From assembly GCA_045806985.1 (NCBI GenBank), contig JBJMIH010000031.1:10038-74037 (forward strand): a stretch of 64,000 bases of DNA, given 5' to 3'. Within the stretch, counting starts at the first letter, position 1. The number at the start of each line of letters is the position of its first letter. This stretch comes from Mycobacteriales bacterium (GTDB lineage: Bacteria; Actinomycetota; Actinomycetes; Mycobacteriales; JBJMIH01). The notes under the pieces were generated by a model, which saw nothing but the letters and a program-made list of their open reading frames with translations, searched no databases and was not told the DNA's origin. This document shows positions 1 to 57,677 of the stretch, piece by piece. Made by a program: the position numbers and the translations under genes.

Positions 1-566
1 TACGCCTCATCCTCGCCGTCGGCGACCAGGTGCGCGACGCCGGAGCACCGGCTGTGCACCCGGCCGCCGCCCAGGCCCTCCATGTCGATCTGCTCGCCGG
101 TGACGCTGCGCACCACGTCCGGGCCGGTCACGAACATCCGGCCGCCGCCGGACATGATGACCAGGTCGGTGAGGGCGGGCCCGTACGCGGCGGCGCCGGC
201 CGCCGGCCCGAGCACCACCGACAGTTGCGGCACCTTGCCGGAGGCCCTCGTCATCGCGGCGAACATCCGCCCGACCGCGTCCATCGACTCGATGCCGTCG
301 GCGAGGGCCGCGCCGCCCGAGTGCCACATGCCGATGACCGGGCATCCCTCCCGGACGGCGGTCTCGATGGCGGCGACGATGGTCCGGCCGTCGGCCGCGC
401 CCAGCGCGCCGCCCATCCGGGTGGCGTCGGTGCAGTACCCGATCGCGGGCGCGCCGCCGACCCGGCCGCGGGCGGCCAGCGTGCCGCCGCCGTTCGGCCC
501 GAACGGTCGCATCGTGTCGCGGTCCATGAGCCTGCGGAGCCTGACCGCGGGGTCGCGTGGTTCCAT
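1..566 (-). CDS. Acyl-CoA carboxylase carboxyltransferase (beta) subunit, N-terminal ~188 codons; the 3' end runs off the window
   Basis: Missing from the ORF track because it is open at position 1. I hand-translated the minus strand codon by codon from the ATG at 566-564: [188 protein letters not shown]. The HSGGA, GPaaGaaaY, FVTGPdVV..VTGE and LGG pattern is typical of AccD/PccB-type carboxyltransferases. Confidence 0.85.
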   Translation of the reverse strand, partial: MEPRDPAVRLRRLMDRDTMRPFGPNGGGTLAARGRVGGAPAIGYCTDATRMGGALGAADGRTIVAAIETAVREGCPVIGMWHSGGAALADGIESMDAVGRMFAAMTRASGKVPQLSVVLGPAAGAAAYGPALTDLVIMSGGGRMFVTGPDVVRSVTGEQIDMEGLGGGRVHSRCSGVAHLVADGEDEA

Positions 567-687
567 TACGACCATTCTTCGGTGCCTTCCTTGGGTACCG
601 CCAAAGTGACGCTTGAGTAACTGGAATAGGGGTGGAACCGTGGGCTTAGGGGTAGGCCGTCGGGCGACCGGGAAATAGCGTTGAGGT
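567..687. promoter_or_regulatory. Divergent intergenic region between the carboxyltransferase gene and the small DUF5988-like ORF; candidate promoters/operator
   Basis: 121 bp with locally lower GC. It contains the direct repeat TAGGGGT(G/A)G at 627-635 and 647-655, spaced 20 bp apart. No promoter hexamers could be assigned confidently. Confidence 0.3.
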
Positions 688-900
688 ATGGACGAAAAGA
701 CGACGATAATTCTTTGTGGCGGCCCGGAGTGCCTGGACGAGTGCGAGCGGGTGCGCCATTGTTCCGAGCTTCCCGACAAGGTCGTCGTCGACCTCAACGG
801 CGGGCACGAGAGGTTCGAGCCCGCCGGTGAGTACCGCGACCTGGACGGGGAGAAGGCCGCCGTCTTCGAGTGGTGCTACCGCACCGCCGTCGCGGAGTGA
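688..900 (+). CDS. Small hypothetical protein (70 aa), resembles the actinobacterial DUF5988 family
   Basis: ATG preceded by GAGG. The composition is balanced, not the Arg/Pro/Gly-rich kind. The layout (IILCGGPECLD...VVVDLNGGHERFEP...VFEWCYRTAVAE) matches my recollection of DUF5988 proteins (..LEGGP..LP...K...GGYEHFE....W..RT.IAE). Family assignment is from memory, not from a search. Confidence 0.55.
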   Translation: MDEKTTIILCGGPECLDECERVRHCSELPDKVVVDLNGGHERFEPAGEYRDLDGEKAAVFEWCYRTAVAE

Positions 901-919
901 TGGCTGCGGTGATGGCGGC

Positions 920-1510
920 CTAGTGCTTGCGGCACAGCGTGATCTCGTCCTCGACCGGGTAGGTCGGGTCGGTCTTGCTGATGACCCGCCACCGCCAGGT
1001 CCCGGACATGCCGGCGTACCGGCCGCTGGTGCCCCTGATCGCCATGCTCACCCAGTCCTGGGCGATGACCGAGGTGCGGTCCTGCGTCCCGGTGCCGACG
1101 AGCGTGCCGTCCGAAAAGTGCATCTGCTCGGCGATGTACTGCACGACGTGGCCGTCCGGCCGCGCGTAGAGCAGGTCCAGGTCGCCGGCGGCGGTCGCCA
1201 CGTGCTGGTTGCCCGTGAAGTCGTACAGCTCGTCGAGGTAGGCGGACATGTAGCCGGGGTTGACCGGGATGCCGGTCCCCACCGGTTGGTTGGTCATGAA
1301 CTTGACGGTGTGCTCCACCAGGTGCTTGCGCGCGCAGCCGGCCTTCGCCCTCGCCGCGTCGGCGGCGCTGGCGTGGTGCCCGCCGGTCGCCGCCGGCACG
1401 GCGAAGGCCGCGGTCGCGGCGGCCGCGACCGCGGCGGCCGCGACCGCGGCGGCCAGCACTGCCAGCCGCCGCGGTGAGTATCGCCGCCCGATCAGCTCGA
1501 ACGGTCGCAT
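920..1510 (-). CDS. Secreted small protein, paralog 1 of 3 (dirigent / allene-oxide-cyclase-barrel-like, function unknown)
   Basis: 196 aa. ATG at 1510 preceded by GAAAGGGGA. N-terminal twin-Arg/Ala-rich signal-like segment (IGRRYSPRRLAVLAAAVAAAAVAAAATAAFA/VPA). The mature part begins near a Cys (AGCARKH) and ends ITLCRKH, giving a conserved Cys pair. The GTSGRYAGMSGTWRWRV motif resembles the GGTG.y.Ga.G strand of dirigent/AOC-like beta-barrels. Confidence 0.8.
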   Translation of the reverse strand: MRPFELIGRRYSPRRLAVLAAAVAAAAVAAAATAAFAVPAATGGHHASAADAARAKAGCARKHLVEHTVKFMTNQPVGTGIPVNPGYMSAYLDELYDFTGNQHVATAAGDLDLLYARPDGHVVQYIAEQMHFSDGTLVGTGTQDRTSVIAQDWVSMAIRGTSGRYAGMSGTWRWRVISKTDPTYPVEDEITLCRKH

Positions 1511-1531
1511 CGTCTCGTCCCCTTTCGCTCG

Positions 1532-2095
1532 TCAGGAGTGGTGCCGGCACAGCGTGATGGTGTCCTCGATCGGATGGTTCGGCTGTGTCACCAGTACCCG
1601 CCACCGCCAGGTCCCGGACATGCCGGCGTACCGGCCGCCGGTGCCCTTGACCGGCATGCCCACCCACTTCTGGGCGAGCTCGTCGGCCTGGTCCTGGGCC
1701 CCCGTCCCGACGAACGTGCCGTCCGGGAACTGGACCTGCTCGGCCGCGTACTGCACGAGGTGGCCGTTGGACTTCCGGGAGATGATGTCGAGGCCGCCGG
1801 TGCCGGACGCGACGTGCTGGTCGGTGCCGAAGTTGTCCAGGTCGGTGAGGTAACCGGCCATCCAGCCGACCTTGTCCGGCGCCCCGGACGGCCCCACCGG
1901 CTCGTTGGGCAGGTACTTGAGGGTGTGCTCCGTCAGGTGCAGCCGCACGCACCCGGACGCCGGCTTGCTGGCGGCGGCGTGCGCGTGCCCGCCGGTCAGG
2001 GCCGGCGCCGCGACGGCGGCGGCCCCGGCGGCGAGCAGCGCGCCGGCCGGCAGCGCCAGCCGCCGCGGCGGAAGGTTCCTTCCGGGGATGCCCAT
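1532..2095 (-). CDS. Secreted small protein, paralog 2 of 3 (dirigent / AOC-barrel-like, function unknown)
   Basis: 187 aa. ATG at 2095 preceded by GAGGAAGGAG. Signal-like N-terminus (PPRRLALPAGALLAAGAAAVAAPALTGG). Cys near the mature N-terminus (SGCVRLH) and the C-terminal ITLCRHHS. GTGGRYAGMSGTWRWRV is identical in pattern to paralog 1. A conserved DNA tract (acccgccaccgccaggtcccggacatgccggcgtaccggccgc) is shared with paralog 1 at 983-1026 and 1588-1631. Confidence 0.8.
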   Translation of the reverse strand: MGIPGRNLPPRRLALPAGALLAAGAAAVAAPALTGGHAHAAASKPASGCVRLHLTEHTLKYLPNEPVGPSGAPDKVGWMAGYLTDLDNFGTDQHVASGTGGLDIISRKSNGHLVQYAAEQVQFPDGTFVGTGAQDQADELAQKWVGMPVKGTGGRYAGMSGTWRWRVLVTQPNHPIEDTITLCRHHS

Positions 2096-2108
2096 CTGGA
2101 CTCCTTCC

Positions 2109-2642
2109 TCAGTGGCAGAGGTTGATCTTCAGGGCGAACGTGTTCTCGGTGGGCACCTGCGACGGCCCGCTCAGCCGCTGGAACGCGACCGTGCCGACCG
2201 TGCCCTGGTACTTCCCGCCGGTGCCGACCGCCGGCAGCGTCACCCAGACGCCGGGCGTCTCGGCCTTGACGGCGTCGAAGAACGCGTCCTGCCGGACGGT
2301 GCCGCCGGGCAGCCGGTACTCGTACGAGGCGAGCGTGAGCACGGTGGGCTGCACGCTGCCGATCGTCGTGGAACCCACCGCGGTGCCGGACCTGCCGTCA
2401 CTGGAGGTGATCTTGTCGACGAACGCGATGCTGTCGCCCGGGGTCGGCGGGATCACCTTCCCCTGCACCGACATCTTCTGCACCTGCTCGCGGCCGGTGA
2501 ACGTGAGGCAGTTCGCCGCCGTCGTGTGTCCGGAGGCGGACGACCCCGGCGACACCACCGCGAGGCCGGCGGTCACGCCGCCGGCCACGACCGCGGAGGC
2601 GGCGAGCACCATCCACCGCTTCGAGAGTGACATGCGTGGCAT
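2109..2642 (-). CDS. Secreted small protein, paralog 3 of 3 (more divergent; dirigent / AOC-barrel-like, function unknown)
   Basis: 177 aa. RBS GGAAAGAGGA upstream of the start at 2642. Sec-type signal-like N-terminus (SKRWMVLAASAVVAGGVTAGLAVV). Cys pair (AANCLTF ... KINLCH). GTGGKYQGTVGTVAFQRL aligns with the G.G.Y.G..GT motif of paralogs 1 and 2. Confidence 0.75.
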   Translation of the reverse strand: MPRMSLSKRWMVLAASAVVAGGVTAGLAVVSPGSSASGHTTAANCLTFTGREQVQKMSVQGKVIPPTPGDSIAFVDKITSSDGRSGTAVGSTTIGSVQPTVLTLASYEYRLPGGTVRQDAFFDAVKAETPGVWVTLPAVGTGGKYQGTVGTVAFQRLSGPSQVPTENTFALKINLCH

Positions 2643-2705
2643 ACACGGTCCTCTTTCCTTGAGGCTGAACCAGCTTCAATGGTGAAGACCGCGGGTTAAG
2701 CCACG

Positions 2706-4262
2706 CTAATGCCGCCCTTGAGCCATCTCGGATTGGCGGCTCGGATCGGCCAGCTCCTTTTCCCGCTGGCTCGGCCCGCGCGGCACGAACAGCAGTGCGA
2801 GGACCATTCCGGCGACCGCGATGAGCCCGCAGGCGACCAGCATGACGTCCATTCCGTGAATGAACGCCGACCGCACCGAGTGCAGCAGCGCGGGCGAGTG
2901 CAGCTTGCGGGCGACGGCCGTGCCGCTGAGCACGGACCGGCGTGCCGCGTCGGCGGCGGGGGCGGGCAGGCCGGTCAGGTTCAGCCGACCCCGGTACCCG
3001 GAGTTGATCACCGAGCCGAGCAGCGCCACCCCGAACGTGCCGCCCACCGTCCGGATCGCGGTGATCAGCGCCGAGCCGACCCCGCTGCCCTCGGCGCTGA
3101 GGACCGCCAGCGCGGCGTTCATCGAGCCGGGCAGGGCCAGTCCGAGGCCCGCCCCGAGGAGCGCCACCCAGCCGGCGGTGAAGCCCTCGCCGCTGTGGAA
3201 GCCGGTCGTCGCGCCGGCGAACAGCCCGGCCGCCATCAGCGCGAATCCGGCCGCGATCGTCATCTTGGCGCCCACCCCGGCGGTGAGCCGGTCCGCGACC
3301 GCGCCACCGACCACCAGGCCGGCGATCATCGGCAGCAGCCGGATGCCGGCGCCCATCGCGTCGGTGCCGCGCACGCCCTGGAAGTACTGGGGCACCGCGA
3401 ACAGCAGCCCGAACATCGCGAACGACACCAGCGTCGCCAGCAGCGTCCCCCAGGAGAACGTGCGGGACCTGAACAGCCGCAGGTCGACCAGGGGCTGGCC
3501 GTCCGGCCGCCGGCCCAGCCGGCGCTCCCACTCCACGAACCCGGCCAGCACCACCGCGCCGAACAGCATCGGCAACACTGACCCCAGGTTGCTCCAGCCC
3601 TTCTGGCCAGCCTCGATCGCGCCGTACGTGAGCGCGGCCAGGGCGACGCTGGAGCCCAGGATGCCGGTCATGTCCAGGTCCGGCCGCCGCTCGCTGCGCG
3701 ACTCCGGCAGCAGTACCGCCACCGCCACCACCGCCAGCGCGGACACCGGCACGTTGATGAGGAACACCGAGCCCCACCAGTAGTGGGTGAGCAGCCAGCC
3801 GCCCAGCAGCGGGCCCAGCGGGTAGGCCACCACGGTCATGCCGACCAGCACGATCACCGCCCGGCCGCGCTCCTCCTCGCTGAACAGCACCGGCAGCACC
3901 GACAGCGACAGCGGCAGCACGAACGCCGCACCGAGCCCGAGCACCACCCTGGCGGCGATGAGCTGGCCCGGCGAGGTGGTGTACGCGCACCACAGCGACG
4001 AGGCCCCCAGCACCACCAGGGAGATCACCAGGAAGATCCGGCGGCCGTACCGGTCGCCGAGCAGGCCGCCCGGCAGCAGCATCGCGGCCATCGCGAGCGT
4101 GTAGGCGTCGACGATCCACTGGAGATCGGTGGTGGACGCGTGCAGGTCGGTGGACAGGGTCGGCAGGGCGAGGTTGAGCACGGTGGCGTCCAATCCCACC
4201 ACCAGCAGGGCGAGGGCGAGCGCGCCCACCGCCCACCACCGACGGTCACCTACCTTGGCCAT
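2706..4262 (-). CDS. MFS transporter, DHA2 (EmrB/QacA-like, 14-TMS type) drug:H+ antiporter; probable product exporter / self-resistance
   Basis: 518 aa. N-terminus WWAVGALALALLVVGLDATVLNLALPTLSTDLHASTTDLQWIVDAYTLAMAAMLLPGGLLGDRYGRR is the classic DHA2 signature. Hydrophobic segments run throughout. The start lies 24 nt after the PKS4 stop, with GAAGGG upstream. Confidence 0.9.
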   Translation of the reverse strand: MAKVGDRRWWAVGALALALLVVGLDATVLNLALPTLSTDLHASTTDLQWIVDAYTLAMAAMLLPGGLLGDRYGRRIFLVISLVVLGASSLWCAYTTSPGQLIAARVVLGLGAAFVLPLSLSVLPVLFSEEERGRAVIVLVGMTVVAYPLGPLLGGWLLTHYWWGSVFLINVPVSALAVVAVAVLLPESRSERRPDLDMTGILGSSVALAALTYGAIEAGQKGWSNLGSVLPMLFGAVVLAGFVEWERRLGRRPDGQPLVDLRLFRSRTFSWGTLLATLVSFAMFGLLFAVPQYFQGVRGTDAMGAGIRLLPMIAGLVVGGAVADRLTAGVGAKMTIAAGFALMAAGLFAGATTGFHSGEGFTAGWVALLGAGLGLALPGSMNAALAVLSAEGSGVGSALITAIRTVGGTFGVALLGSVINSGYRGRLNLTGLPAPAADAARRSVLSGTAVARKLHSPALLHSVRSAFIHGMDVMLVACGLIAVAGMVLALLFVPRGPSQREKELADPSRQSEMAQGRH

Positions 4263-4286
4263 GACATCCGCCCTTCTCGCGTCGGG

Positions 4287-8522
<4,236 letters not shown>

Positions 8523-8528
8523 GTGGCA

Positions 8529-34774
<26,246 letters not shown>

Positions 34775-34777
34775 TCG

Positions 34778-53732
<18,955 letters not shown>

Positions 53733-53743
<11 letters not shown>

Positions 53744-54818
53744 CGCTGAGCCCCTCCCGCACCCGGCCGCGCGCCTTCGCCAGCCACCAGGCCAGGTCGA
53801 GCACCGCCCGCCGCGGGCCGCGCACGCCCCGCATCCGCAGCACGGACTGGGCCGTGAACAGCTTCGACTCGGTCACGTGCCCAGGCGAGGCGTGCACGTC
53901 GTCGATCTCGGCGGTCCGCACGTTCGGCGCGTGCGCGGCGAGCCGGCGCGGGTCGGCCGGCGGGATGATCTCGTCCCGCCTGCTGGCCAGGTACGCCACC
54001 GGCACCGGCAGCGCGGCCAGCATGTCGTCGGTGAGCGCCCAGTCCGGCAGCAGGCCGGGCAGGCCCTCGGCCTTGCCGCCGGTGAGGTGCGCGAGCGTGT
54101 CGACGGTCACCTTCGGCAGCCGCTGCTGCCAGGCCGGGTCGGTGAAGAACGCGCTGACCGGCGCGCCGGCCGTCACCACCCCCCGGATGCGGCGGTCGGT
54201 GAGCGCGCAGCGCAGCGCCAGGTGCCCGCTGAAGCTGAGGGCGACCGCGTACGTCCGCGCCACGTCGGCCCGGTCGGCGACCGCGTCCAGCACCGCGGAC
54301 AGGTACCGCCAGCTGTCCGGGCCGTAGCTCGCCGGGTTCTCGCCGACGCCGGGCAGCTCGGCCACCACGCCGGCCATGCCGGTCCGGCCCAGGTCGGCCA
54401 GCAGCGGCGCCCACTGCTCCTTCACGCTGACGATGCCGCCGCAGACCAGCAGCAGCGGGCGGCGCTTCGATCCGGACAGGCCGGACGCCCAGCAGCGCAC
54501 GTCGCCGGCGTCCACCCGCTCGATGCCGCGCCGGCCCCGCCGCCAGGTGTCGAACGCGGCGACGCAGGCGTCCTGCGCCCGCTGCCGGGCCGGGCCGTCC
54601 ACGTACGGGAAGCGCGCCATCGCGTACCGCCGGCTGCCGCCCAGCGGGTCGCCGGCCGCCACCCGCCGGTCACCGGCCGCCGTCCACTGCACCACCCAGG
54701 AGGTCGGGCTGTCCTCGGCGTCATCGGTGATCCGGTCCAGCACCTCCCGGTGGTCCCTGATGTCCTGGGCGCGGGCGTGCACGGTCGCGAACCGCTTCAG
54801 CTCCTCGACGTCGTTCAT
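53733..54818 (-). CDS. Alpha/beta-fold hydrolase of the tetronate cassette (AbyA5/ChlD4/Agg5/QmnD4-position; candidate acetate-eliminating, exocyclic-methylene-forming enzyme)
   Basis: 361 aa. FrsA-like alpha/beta hydrolase look. The candidate nucleophile elbow is AVALSFSGH, a variant of GxSxGG. It sits immediately after the E2-like gene (ATGA overlap at 54815-54818), and its stop overlaps the PKS1 start by 11 nt. The functional call rests on gene context and family analogy. Confidence 0.75.
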
Positions 54819-55579
54819 GCCGGCTCTCCCTTGAAGTTCTCCAGCGCCTCCTTGATCTCGCCCAGCACGTCGGCGGCTTCCGCGCCGTCGATCACCCGGT
54901 GGTCGAAGGCCAGGCTGAGCCGCATCGCCGGTACCACGACCACCTCGCCGCGCCGCGCGACCGGACGGTCGGCGACCTGGCCCATGCCGAGCGTGATCGT
55001 GGTGCCGCCGACCGAGTGGAAGGCGTCGACCGGCCGGTGCCCCAGCGAGCTGACCGCGAACGTGCCGACCAGCTCGGGCCGGCGGCGCAGCGAGCGCATC
55101 CCGGCGCGGTACAGCAGCCGGCCCAGCGGCACGGGCAGCTTCTGCAGCATCCGGGGGCCGGCGAACTCCGGCATGTTGGCGGCGTCGCCGTCGCGGTAGT
55201 GGTCCACCTGGGCCTGGATGTCGGCCAGGCCGGCACTGTCCAGGTCCGGCAGGACGGCGGTGAGCACCACCCGGTGGCCGTTGACGGTCTTGTCCAGCGC
55301 GAGCTTGCCGCTGGCCGTCCCGTACCTGGCCACCCGCGGCCGGGACCAGCCGGTGATGGCCCCGTTCGCCTCCGGGTGCCCGACCAGCACGCGGGCGGCC
55401 GCGTACAGCACGTAGCTGACCGTCGAGTACCGCTCGCCGCGGGCGCGGGCCTCCTCCCGGTGCGCGGTCACCGCGCTCATGTCCACCTCGGTGTCCAGGA
55501 AGACCGGCGCGAACTCACGGGCCTGGCCGAGGAACTGGTAGGTGTGCCGCCGCTCCCTGGGCAGCTGGTTGATGGTCAT
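54815..55579 (-). CDS. 2-oxoacid dehydrogenase E2-type acyltransferase, catalytic domain only (AbyA4/ChlD3/Agg4/QmnD3-position)
   Basis: 254 aa. The C-terminal segment LSLAFDHRVIDGAEAADVLGEIKEALE contains the DHRxxDG catalytic motif of E2 acyltransferases. No lipoyl or E3-binding domain is present. ATGA overlap with the ACP stop at 55576-55579. Confidence 0.85.
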   Translation of the reverse strand: MTINQLPRERRHTYQFLGQAREFAPVFLDTEVDMSAVTAHREEARARGERYSTVSYVLYAAARVLVGHPEANGAITGWSRPRVARYGTASGKLALDKTVNGHRVVLTAVLPDLDSAGLADIQAQVDHYRDGDAANMPEFAGPRMLQKLPVPLGRLLYRAGMRSLRRRPELVGTFAVSSLGHRPVDAFHSVGGTTITLGMGQVADRPVARRGEVVVVPAMRLSLAFDHRVIDGAEAADVLGEIKEALENFKGEPA

Positions 55580-55803
55580 GTCCCCACCGCCACTGTGTAG
55601 ATCTGTTCGAGGCTCCTGGCATGCAGCAGGTCGGGCAGCGACAGCTGCCGCCCGGTGTCCCGCTCGAGGAGGGTGAGCAGCCAGAGCAGGTGCATCGAGT
55701 CCCAGCCGGGCAGCTCGTCCAGGTCGCGGCCGGCGTCGGCGTCGGATACCTCGATGCCGAGCTCGTCGCGCACCACGGTCAGCAGGTCGTCCATGCTGTT
55801 CAC
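55576..55803 (-). CDS. Discrete acyl carrier protein (glyceryl-ACP carrier; AbyA3/ChlD2-position)
   Basis: Only the last ~75 codons of track ORF 55576..57321 make sense: (VNS)MDDLLTVVRDELGIEVSDADAGRDLDELPGWDSMHLLWLLTLLERDTGRQLSLPDLLHARSLEQIYTVAVGT. The phosphopantetheine Ser sits in GWDSMH (codon 55696-55698). The start is either the GTG at 55803 (GTGA overlap with the FkbH-like stop) or the ATG at 55794. Confidence 0.8.
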   Translation of the reverse strand: MNSMDDLLTVVRDELGIEVSDADAGRDLDELPGWDSMHLLWLLTLLERDTGRQLSLPDLLHARSLEQIYTVAVGT

Positions 55804-57677
55804 GTCGGTTCCCGTTCGAGTTCGTCGGTGAGGCGCACGCAGTCCGGCGGCGCCACGATGTCGGTCAGGTCGTGGCGGAACAGCGCGGTGCCGCCGTCGT
55901 CGCCGACCTTGGTGAAGCCGTGCCGCGGGTAGAACTCGCGCATCGCGCGGTTCTTCGCGGTCGGCCGGTACGCCCCGTACACCGCCGCCGCGCCGGCGTC
56001 CCGCGCGTGCCGCAGCAGCGCCGCCAGGCAGGCCCGCTCGATGCCCCGGACGAACACCCGGCAGCTGAGCAGGAAGTTCTCCACGGTCATGCCGTCGCCG
56101 CCGCGCCGGGCGAAGATCGCGCCAACCATCCCGTTGTCGCCGAACCGGTCGCTGGCCCGGATCGTCAGCACCAGCGCGTCCGGGTCGTCCAGCAGGGCGC
56201 TGACGTCGGCGGGGGACAGCCGGCGGGTGGTCAGGTTGAACTGGTTGGTCCGTAGCGTGAGCTGGGACAGCCGGGGCACGTCCGGCTCGCCGGCCCTGGC
56301 CAGCCGGACCCGGATGTCCAGCTCGCGGCGGTACTCGTCGAGGGACTCGAAGTGCTGGAGGAAGTCGGTGCGGTCCAGCTCCTCGCGGTAGCGGGCGACC
56401 CTGGCGCGGTCCTCCTCGGTCAACTCCCGGGTGTCGAACCAGCCGTCGGCCAGCAGCCGGTCCACGTGCAGCGCCGGCTCGCCGTCGACCTCCACCACGG
56501 CCACGTCCGGCAGCTCGCGGCGGACCAGCCCGCGCTCGGCGGGGCTGTCGTCCACGAACACGACGCTGTCGGCGCCCAGGTTGAGGGCGGCGACCAGCTC
56601 GGCGAGGCTCTCGTGCTTCGGCCCCCAGCCGGCGGCGACCCGCACGAAATCCTCCTCGCGCAGCGTCATCTCCGGGTGCTCGCGCAGCGCCTGGCGCACC
56701 GGCTCGGGGTCGTTCTTGCTGACCGCCGCCAGCAACACCCCCTGCGCGCCGAGCTGCCTGGCGACCCGCTGGAAGGCGCGGAACGCCTCGCCGCGGTCGC
56801 CGCCGGCCACCTCCAGGCCCTCCACCCCGTCGTCGCCGAGCGTGCCGCCCCACACCGTCTCGTCCAGGTCGAGGGCCAGGCACTTGCGGGTACGGCCGGT
56901 GAGGTGGCGGGCCAGGTGGCCGACCTCGCGGGCGTAGCGGGCCAGCAGCTCCAGGGACAGGTGGCAGCCGGCGTAGGTGTCCAGCCGCGGCTCCACGGCC
57001 GGCACGCCACCCTCGGCCAGCAGCGGGTCCAGATCCACCACGACGGTCGCGGGGTGGTCTTCCGGCAGCCGCAGCAGGCGCGCGTTCGCCTCCCGCCAGG
57101 CGGCGCCGAGCGCGGCCCGGGACCGGTGGTCGACCAGCTGCCCGGTGACCGCGCGGGGGAGCGGCAGGGTGTTCAGCACCAGCGTGCCGGCGCCCGTGCC
57201 CTCGTACCGGCCGGCCAGCCGCTCCACCAGCTCGACCTTCGCGGCCAGCACCCGCCCGGCGTCCGCCGGCCGCCACGGCAGCGGCAGCTCGTCGGTCACC
57301 ATCCGGGGGTCCAGCACGCACAGCACCAGGTCGCAGTCGCCGGCGTAGACCAGGCTGTCCGGATCGGACAGTTCGCGGGCGTAGCCGCCGTACTCGCCCA
57401 CCTCGGCGCGCAGCAGCAGCCCGTGCCGGGCCAGCTCGGCGGCGAGCGGCGGCAGCAGGCCGGCGAGCGTGCCGTGGCCGGTGAGCGCGACCCGCACGGC
57501 GGGCACGTCCGGGTGCCGGCCGGCCACCTCGTCCGGGTCCAGCCGGGCGAGCAGCCGCCCGGCCTGGGCCAGCCCGTCGCCGTCCAGGTCCGCGAGCAGC
57601 TGCCTGACCCGCGGGTACCCGGCCGCCAACCGGCCGGTGCGGTACAGGTCGAGGAGCTCGGCGAGCGGCGTCGACAT
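55800..57677 (-). CDS. FkbH-like glyceryl-S-ACP synthase (HAD phosphatase + acyltransferase; AbyA2/ChlD1-position)
   Basis: 625 aa from the ATG at 57677 (MSTPLAELLDLYRTGRL...). The HAD motif is LALDLDETVWGG (DxDxT). VFVDDSPAE and FLLSCRVFVRGIE (Cys motif) are typical of FkbH-like domains. The ATG overlaps the FabH-like stop. The longer track ORF (to 58076) overlaps the FabH-like gene and is Arg/Gly-rich. Confidence 0.9.
   Translation of the reverse strand: MSTPLAELLDLYRTGRLAAGYPRVRQLLADLDGDGLAQAGRLLARLDPDEVAGRHPDVPAVRVALTGHGTLAGLLPPLAAELARHGLLLRAEVGEYGGYARELSDPDSLVYAGDCDLVLCVLDPRMVTDELPLPWRPADAGRVLAAKVELVERLAGRYEGTGAGTLVLNTLPLPRAVTGQLVDHRSRAALGAAWREANARLLRLPEDHPATVVVDLDPLLAEGGVPAVEPRLDTYAGCHLSLELLARYAREVGHLARHLTGRTRKCLALDLDETVWGGTLGDDGVEGLEVAGGDRGEAFRAFQRVARQLGAQGVLLAAVSKNDPEPVRQALREHPEMTLREEDFVRVAAGWGPKHESLAELVAALNLGADSVVFVDDSPAERGLVRRELPDVAVVEVDGEPALHVDRLLADGWFDTRELTEEDRARVARYREELDRTDFLQHFESLDEYRRELDIRVRLARAGEPDVPRLSQLTLRTNQFNLTTRRLSPADVSALLDDPDALVLTIRASDRFGDNGMVGAIFARRGGDGMTVENFLLSCRVFVRGIERACLAALLRHARDAGAAAVYGAYRPTAKNRAMREFYPRHGFTKVGDDGGTALFRHDLTDIVAPPDCVRLTDELEREPT

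Noticed and set aside
920-2642. Calling the three secreted paralogs direct homologues of AbyU/VstJ/PyrI4 Diels-Alderases.
   Set aside because: I cannot demonstrate sequence similarity from memory. The signal peptides and Cys pairs point to an extracytoplasmic location, unlike the known cytoplasmic cyclases. The idea is kept only as a flagged hypothesis in the findings.
716-2685. Alternative-frame ORFs over the three secreted paralogs and the small ORF. Examples: 716..1477 +, 876..1952 -, 1260..1853 +, 1538..2125 +, 1872..2630 + and 2122..2685 +.
   Set aside because: Their products are Arg/Gly/Pro-rich or antisense to ORFs that have strong RBSs, signal peptides and a conserved paralog structure.
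2398-4249. ORFs overlapping the MFS gene (2398..4239 -, 2709..3581 +, 2860..3783 +, 3783..5186 + and others).
   Set aside because: The 2706..4262 frame carries the unmistakable DHA2 MFS signature and hydrophobic segments. The others are compositional artefacts.
55804-57321. Track ORF 55576..57321 (581 aa) as a single gene.
   Set aside because: Only the last ~75 codons encode a sensible ACP-like sequence. The remainder overlaps the FkbH-like gene out of frame and is Arg/Pro/Gly-rich.
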